Origin: a virus
Taxonomy: Duplodnaviria > Caudoviricetes
Strand: one strand, 5' to 3'
Length of the DNA: 31,237 bases
Virus record (IMG/VR): IMGVR_UViG_3300005731_000035
Coordinates: 1 to 31,237 of that record
Shown here: piece after piece, positions 27,195 through 31,237 of the stretch
How positions within the stretch are numbered: position 1 is the first letter of the stretch
Layout of the letters: every line of letters begins with the position of its first letter
The notes under the pieces: model-generated
Database searches by the model: none
Told to the model about the DNA's origin: nothing
The model's input: only the letters and a program-made list of their open reading frames with translations
Position numbers and translations under genes: made by a program

Positions 27195-27515
27195 ATGAGA
27201 AGTAACGATATAAGAGAAAAATACCTACAATGTAAGGCTTTTAAAGAGCCTCAAACAGACGAGAAATTTATGGTAGGCGACCAAATGAGTTATGAATGGG
27301 AACAAGACTATTCCGTAATTAAATGGGCAATAAATTATTTGACAGATTATTTTAGAATAGGAATACCAAGCCGAAACCATAATGTAAAAATGGCCTTAGA
27401 AACACTTAAAAAACGAGCATTAGAATATTCTTGTGCAAGTACATTAAAAGACGAATATAAGCATAAATGCAATATTGACTTATGTTGTAAAAAAGAAAAT
27501 AAAAATTATGAGTAG
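27195..27515 (+). CDS. Hypothetical protein
   Basis: ORF with A-rich leader; Cys-rich C-terminus. Confidence 0.55.
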   Translation: MRSNDIREKYLQCKAFKEPQTDEKFMVGDQMSYEWEQDYSVIKWAINYLTDYFRIGIPSRNHNVKMALETLKKRALEYSCASTLKDEYKHKCNIDLCCKKENKNYE

Positions 27516-27630
27516 CTATTTTGACCAATCACCGTTTGACGACGAGGATTTAAAAGAGTGCGCCGTTTGTGGTGCGCCGACGGATAAAACGTATTGTAGC
27601 AAAGCATGCTATTTTTACGATTTAGAATAA
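27508..27630 (+). CDS. Small zinc-ribbon protein (40 aa; not in the ORF track)
   Basis: MSSYFDQSPFDDEDLKECAVCGAPTDKTYCSKACYFYDLE*; CxxC..YCSxxC. Confidence 0.8.
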   Translation: MSSYFDQSPFDDEDLKECAVCGAPTDKTYCSKACYFYDLE

Positions 27631-27687
27631 ATTTTTTAACTTGCAAATCATTGATGATGATTTTTTTAGTTGATTATTTTTAAGCAG

Positions 27688-27715
27688 AGCCGGCCGTAAA
27701 AAGTCGGCTTTTTTT
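27688..27715 (+). terminator. Intrinsic terminator (first of a tandem pair)
   Basis: AGCCGGC/GTCGGCT stem followed by a T run. Confidence 0.8.
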
Positions 27716-27721
27716 ATTTAG

Positions 27722-27743
27722 AGCCGTTTTAACGGCTTTTTTT
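27722..27743 (+). terminator. Intrinsic terminator (second of a tandem pair)
   Basis: AGCCGT-ttta-ACGGCT followed by T6. Confidence 0.75.
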
Positions 27744-27859
27744 GTTTTCAGAAATATCAATACACTACTTAATATCTAAAACACCGTTAAACAAGCTAAA
27801 AAATACCTTAGATTTAATTTTAGACTCAATTACTATCCAGCAAAAACGCGTAAGCGTTG

Positions 27860-27963
27860 TATTATAGTATTACTTAATTTATATAACATTATCATTTACA
27901 TTATCATTATCATTACCATTAACGGCGAGTTAAGCGACCGTCAAGCGTCGGTCAGCGAACGGT
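27860..27963 (-). other. Putative replication origin: phased repeats, CATTAT-like array, AT-rich tract
   Basis: AGCG repeats at 27933/27944/27954; minus strand reads *LAVNGNDNDNVNDNVI*; AT-rich 27860-27886. Confidence 0.55.
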
Positions 27964-28013
27964 AAAAAACACTAAAAAAAACTTTACTAATTTTACAAAT
28001 AAAATCAAAATTT

Positions 28014-28427
28014 ATGGGACATTACGACACCGAGGAATTAAGGCAATCCGCGTTGCTGGCAATCAAGCGCGAAAAATTGGTTTTTTTCAATGAAATTGGC
28101 GGTTACATTTCAGCCGGACGGTCGACGTTATACGGTCACGATATTGACAAAGACCCGGAAATAATACAGGCATTGGCCGAAAACCGTATAAAAACAAAAG
28201 TCGGTTTGCGCCGTAAGTGGTACGACAGCGACAACGCGAGCGTCCAAATTTCACTTTTTAAATTACTAGCAACGGACGAGGAACGGTTAAAATTAAGCCA
28301 AAGTTATGTTGACGTAACGACCAAAGGCGACAAAATGCCAAGTTTAGACGTTAGTAAATTGAGCGACGAAATTTTAGAGGCGCTGGAAAACAGTTTTAAC
28401 AATGACGACGACAACGGCAATCAATAA
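28014..28427 (+). CDS. terS: Terminase small subunit
   Basis: HTH-like N-terminus, K..LRRKW, DVTTKGDK; overlaps terL. Confidence 0.8.
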   Translation: MGHYDTEELRQSALLAIKREKLVFFNEIGGYISAGRSTLYGHDIDKDPEIIQALAENRIKTKVGLRRKWYDSDNASVQISLFKLLATDEERLKLSQSYVDVTTKGDKMPSLDVSKLSDEILEALENSFNNDDDNGNQ

Positions 28428-29844
28428 AACAAAGGCGTTACAGCAGTTGACGCGCGAGCAAATCCAAGCCGAACGGTGCAGACGGTCGTTTTACTATTTT
28501 TTCAAAACATTTTGGGACGTAATTATACCGGAAAAATTTACGGACAATTGGCACATAAAATACCTTTGTGACGAATTACAGGACGTTATGACGCGCGTTT
28601 TTCACCGTCAAGAGTCTTTGCATGACTTAGTCGTAAATATACCGCCCGGCACGTCAAAAACGACCATAGCGACCGTCATGTTGCCGGCGTGGTCATGGAT
28701 AATTGACCCGAGCGTTAGAACAATGACCGCAAGTTATAGCGCACAATTAAGCGCAGACCATAGCGTAAAAAGCCGGGACATCATAAAAAGCGACAAATTC
28801 CAGCGGTTGTTTCCCGGTTTAAATATTCGACAGGATTTTGACAACAAAACGCATTACAAAAATAACCGTAACGGTGAACGGTTTGCGACATCGTTAAAAG
28901 GAACGGCGACCGGTTTCCACGCGCACGTTATAATAATTGACGACCCATTAAATCCAAAGGAGGCCAGTTCTGAAGTCGAGCGCGAAAATGCAAATCAGTT
29001 TTTTAAATCTACAATACCGACGCGTAAAATAGACAAAGCCGTCACGCCTACAATTTTAATCATGCAACGGTTACACCAAGACGACCCAACAGGCTATTTT
29101 TTAGAGCAAAAGAAAAAAGGCCTAAAAGTCAAACATATTTGTTTACCAGCAGAAATAAGCGACGACGTAAGGCCGTCAGATTTAAGGCATAAATACAACG
29201 ACGGTTTATTAGACGCCAACAGAATGAATAGAGCCATTTTGGACGACTTTAAGATACGATTGGGCAGTTATGGTTATGCCGGGCAGATGATGCAAACGCC
29301 GAGTCCTAGCGACGGCGGTATATGGAAATCAAGCCATTTTTTGACGTTTGACGACGACCAAATTAACATTGCAGACGTCACGAATATTGGGACGGATTGG
29401 GATTTAGCCTATACAGAAAAACAGCAAAATTCAGCGAGCGCATACGTTACAGCCGGCCTTTATAATAACAAAATGGTCGTTTTCGACGTTGGTTTTAAGT
29501 GGCTCGAGTTTCCGGAGTTAATTAAATACATGAAAATACAGACCGCGCCACATTATATTGAGGCCAAAGCAAGTGGCAAAAGTGCAAAACAGACGTTGAC
29601 AAATCAAGGCATACCAGCAGTTGAGGTTACAGTTGACGGAGGCGATAAAATTGCAAGGTCGCAAATGGCAAGTCCCTATGTAGAGGCTGGCATGGTAAGC
29701 GTTCACAGGCGTTGTATTGACAAATTATTACACGATGACAGTCAAGGCCTATTGAAGTTTCCAAACGCCAAAGACGACCTTAATGATGCCTTTGTACAGG
29801 CTATTAACAGGCTATTAGGACAGCCAAAAACGTTTTTCTTTTGA
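28402..29844 (+). CDS. terL: Terminase large subunit
   Basis: NWHI, NIPPGTSKT (Walker A), IIIDD (Walker B), MQRLH, DWDLA, IEAKASG, FPN..DD..DA. Confidence 0.96.
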   Translation: MTTTTAINKTKALQQLTREQIQAERCRRSFYYFFKTFWDVIIPEKFTDNWHIKYLCDELQDVMTRVFHRQESLHDLVVNIPPGTSKTTIATVMLPAWSWIIDPSVRTMTASYSAQLSADHSVKSRDIIKSDKFQRLFPGLNIRQDFDNKTHYKNNRNGERFATSLKGTATGFHAHVIIIDDPLNPKEASSEVERENANQFFKSTIPTRKIDKAVTPTILIMQRLHQDDPTGYFLEQKKKGLKVKHICLPAEISDDVRPSDLRHKYNDGLLDANRMNRAILDDFKIRLGSYGYAGQMMQTPSPSDGGIWKSSHFLTFDDDQINIADVTNIGTDWDLAYTEKQQNSASAYVTAGLYNNKMVVFDVGFKWLEFPELIKYMKIQTAPHYIEAKASGKSAKQTLTNQGIPAVEVTVDGGDKIARSQMASPYVEAGMVSVHRRCIDKLLHDDSQGLLKFPNAKDDLNDAFVQAINRLLGQPKTFFF

Positions 29845-29860
29845 CAAAAAAATAAAATAC

Positions 29861-29868
29861 TAACTTTG
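29861..29868 (+). promoter_or_regulatory. TAACTTTG -7 element with TTTG (29840-29843) upstream, before the portal
   Basis: Matches the Bacteroidota TTTG..TAnnTTTG layout (17-nt spacer). Confidence 0.65.
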
Positions 29869-29882
29869 AAAAAAATACATTT

Positions 29883-31237
29883 ATGACATTAATCGAGCGC
29901 GTGACAGGTTTATTTAACACGACGAAAAAAGCAATAACCAACAGATTTAACGAGGCATTTTTTAGGTTTGTTGGCTCTAGTTATACAGAATACGACCCTA
30001 ATCAAGTCAATTATTTAGAGCATGGCTATAATGAAAACAGCGTTGTTTATAGTGTATTACAACAAATGGCGACCAAAACAGGGTCAGTCCCTTATTTCAT
30101 TAAGAAAATCGAAAACGAACAAAAAAGCCAACAGCACAAATTAGAGTTGAAACGTTGGACAGGCGAGGACGCGACGCAGAAAATGCGACTCAAAAAATTA
30201 GAGCAAAAGGCGTATGGCAGTACAAGTCAACAAAATTCGATGCCTATGCCATTGGAAAAACCAAATCCATTGCAAAATTGGACAGAGTTTTTTGGCCTTT
30301 ATAAAACTTATTTGAGGTTGACAGGAAACGCGTATATTTATTTATTAGCGCCGGAGGGCGGTCAAAACCAAGGCGAGCCATTGGCCATGTACCTTTTACC
30401 AAGTCACTTAATACAGATAACCTTAAAACCGGACACAGCACAATTAACCACAGAAAATCCTGTAAAATCTTACATGCTAGTTCGTGACAGTTACTATCAA
30501 GACTTTCCAGCAGAAAACGTCGTACATATTAAATTATCAAATCCAAATTTCGACCAAAGTGGCGAGGAATTATACGGCCAATCACCATTGAGAGCCGTTT
30601 TAAGAAACGTAAACAGTAGCAACGAGGCAACAATCCAAAATCTAAAATTACTTAAAAATAGTGGCGTTTATGGCTTTATACATGGCGAAAACCAAGCGTT
30701 AACAGAGCAACAGGCTGGCGAGTTAAAAAGCAGATTAAAAGAAATGGACGACAACACAGGCAGATTGGGACGCGTGGCCGGAGTCAGTTCAAAAATTGGT
30801 TTTACGCGTTTGAGTTTGACGACAGAGGAATTAAGGCCTTTTGATTTTTTAAGTTATGACCAAAAACAGATTTGCAATGCTTTAGGTTGGTCAGACTTGT
30901 TGTTAAACAACGACACAGGCGCGAAATACGACAACGTACGAGAGTTTCGCAAGCAAGTCATAACAGATAACATAGTCCCGGATTTAATGTTGTTAGAGGA
31001 CGCCTTTAACAATTATATTTTACCAAGGTTTAAAGGTTACGAAAATACATGCATATATTTTGACGTTTCATATTTGCCCGAAATGCAATTGGACATGCAA
31101 TATTTAGTCAATTGGTTAACCATTGCGTTAAGGGACGGCGTCATAAATCGTGCAGAGTATAGAGAGGCGTTAAATTACGAGGTTGACGAAAACAATACAG
31201 AGTTGCAGACGTTGACAGTTGGTAACAGCATCATGAC
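29883..31237 (+). CDS. HK97-family portal protein (476 aa including the wrap to position 126; not in the ORF track)
   Basis: GYNENSVVYS, KPNPLQ, LTGNAY, YLLPS, VVHIK..NP, YGQSPL; follows terL. Confidence 0.95.
   Translation, partial: MTLIERVTGLFNTTKKAITNRFNEAFFRFVGSSYTEYDPNQVNYLEHGYNENSVVYSVLQQMATKTGSVPYFIKKIENEQKSQQHKLELKRWTGEDATQKMRLKKLEQKAYGSTSQQNSMPMPLEKPNPLQNWTEFFGLYKTYLRLTGNAYIYLLAPEGGQNQGEPLAMYLLPSHLIQITLKPDTAQLTTENPVKSYMLVRDSYYQDFPAENVVHIKLSNPNFDQSGEELYGQSPLRAVLRNVNSSNEATIQNLKLLKNSGVYGFIHGENQALTEQQAGELKSRLKEMDDNTGRLGRVAGVSSKIGFTRLSLTTEELRPFDFLSYDQKQICNALGWSDLLLNNDTGAKYDNVREFRKQVITDNIVPDLMLLEDAFNNYILPRFKGYENTCIYFDVSYLPEMQLDMQYLVNWLTIALRDGVINRAEYREALNYEVDENNTELQTLTVGNSIM

Noticed and set aside
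27886-27963. CRISPR array or coding mini-ORF
   Set aside because: Repeats are 6-11 bp with no spacers; the DN-repeat frame has no start and is bounded by stops
1043-30441. All minus-strand ORFs in the track, and + ORF 6536..6730
   Set aside because: They shadow well-supported + strand genes and show no motifs
31188-31237. Biological terminal repeat or att site
   Set aside because: An exact 50-bp overlap inside the portal ORF is best explained as assembly circularisation

Overview
This window is an apparently complete, circularly permuted ~31,187-bp genome of a tailed phage. Bases 1-50 are identical to 31188-31237, and the portal ORF reads in frame across that join. The head is HK97-like and the tail is non-contractile. 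All credible genes lie on the + strand: terS-terL-portal-[head cargo cassette]-MuF-protease-capsid-neck-tail-fibres-lysis-recombination/replication-early accessory genes. No integrase is visible. TAnnTTTG-like promoters, A-rich leaders without Shine-Dalgarno sites and a DUF6291-like initiator point to a Bacteroidota, probably Flavobacteriaceae, host (inference). The most striking feature is the cassette between portal and prohead protease. Modular proteins there place different enzymatic cargoes (an ART-PolyVal-like domain, an R-S-E ADP-ribosyltransferase and a SAM-lyase-like domain) behind the same tag, K|FDPNQPRDxxG[RK]WTD, and a MuF protein carries a JAB/MPN domain. This suggests protease-processed, capsid-packaged and injected effectors. 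Other unusual features: a probable replication origin (phased repeats plus a 'LAVNGNDNDNVNDNVI' relic) displaced out of the initiator gene and inverted; an early non-coding locus with a ~230-nt nested-stem RNA, two tRNA-like mini-structures and a covarying GAAA hairpin 11 nt before two start codons; a duplicated operator; a tail-tube paralogue; and no GATC found in a manual scan. Family assignments come from motif recognition by eye, not from database searches.
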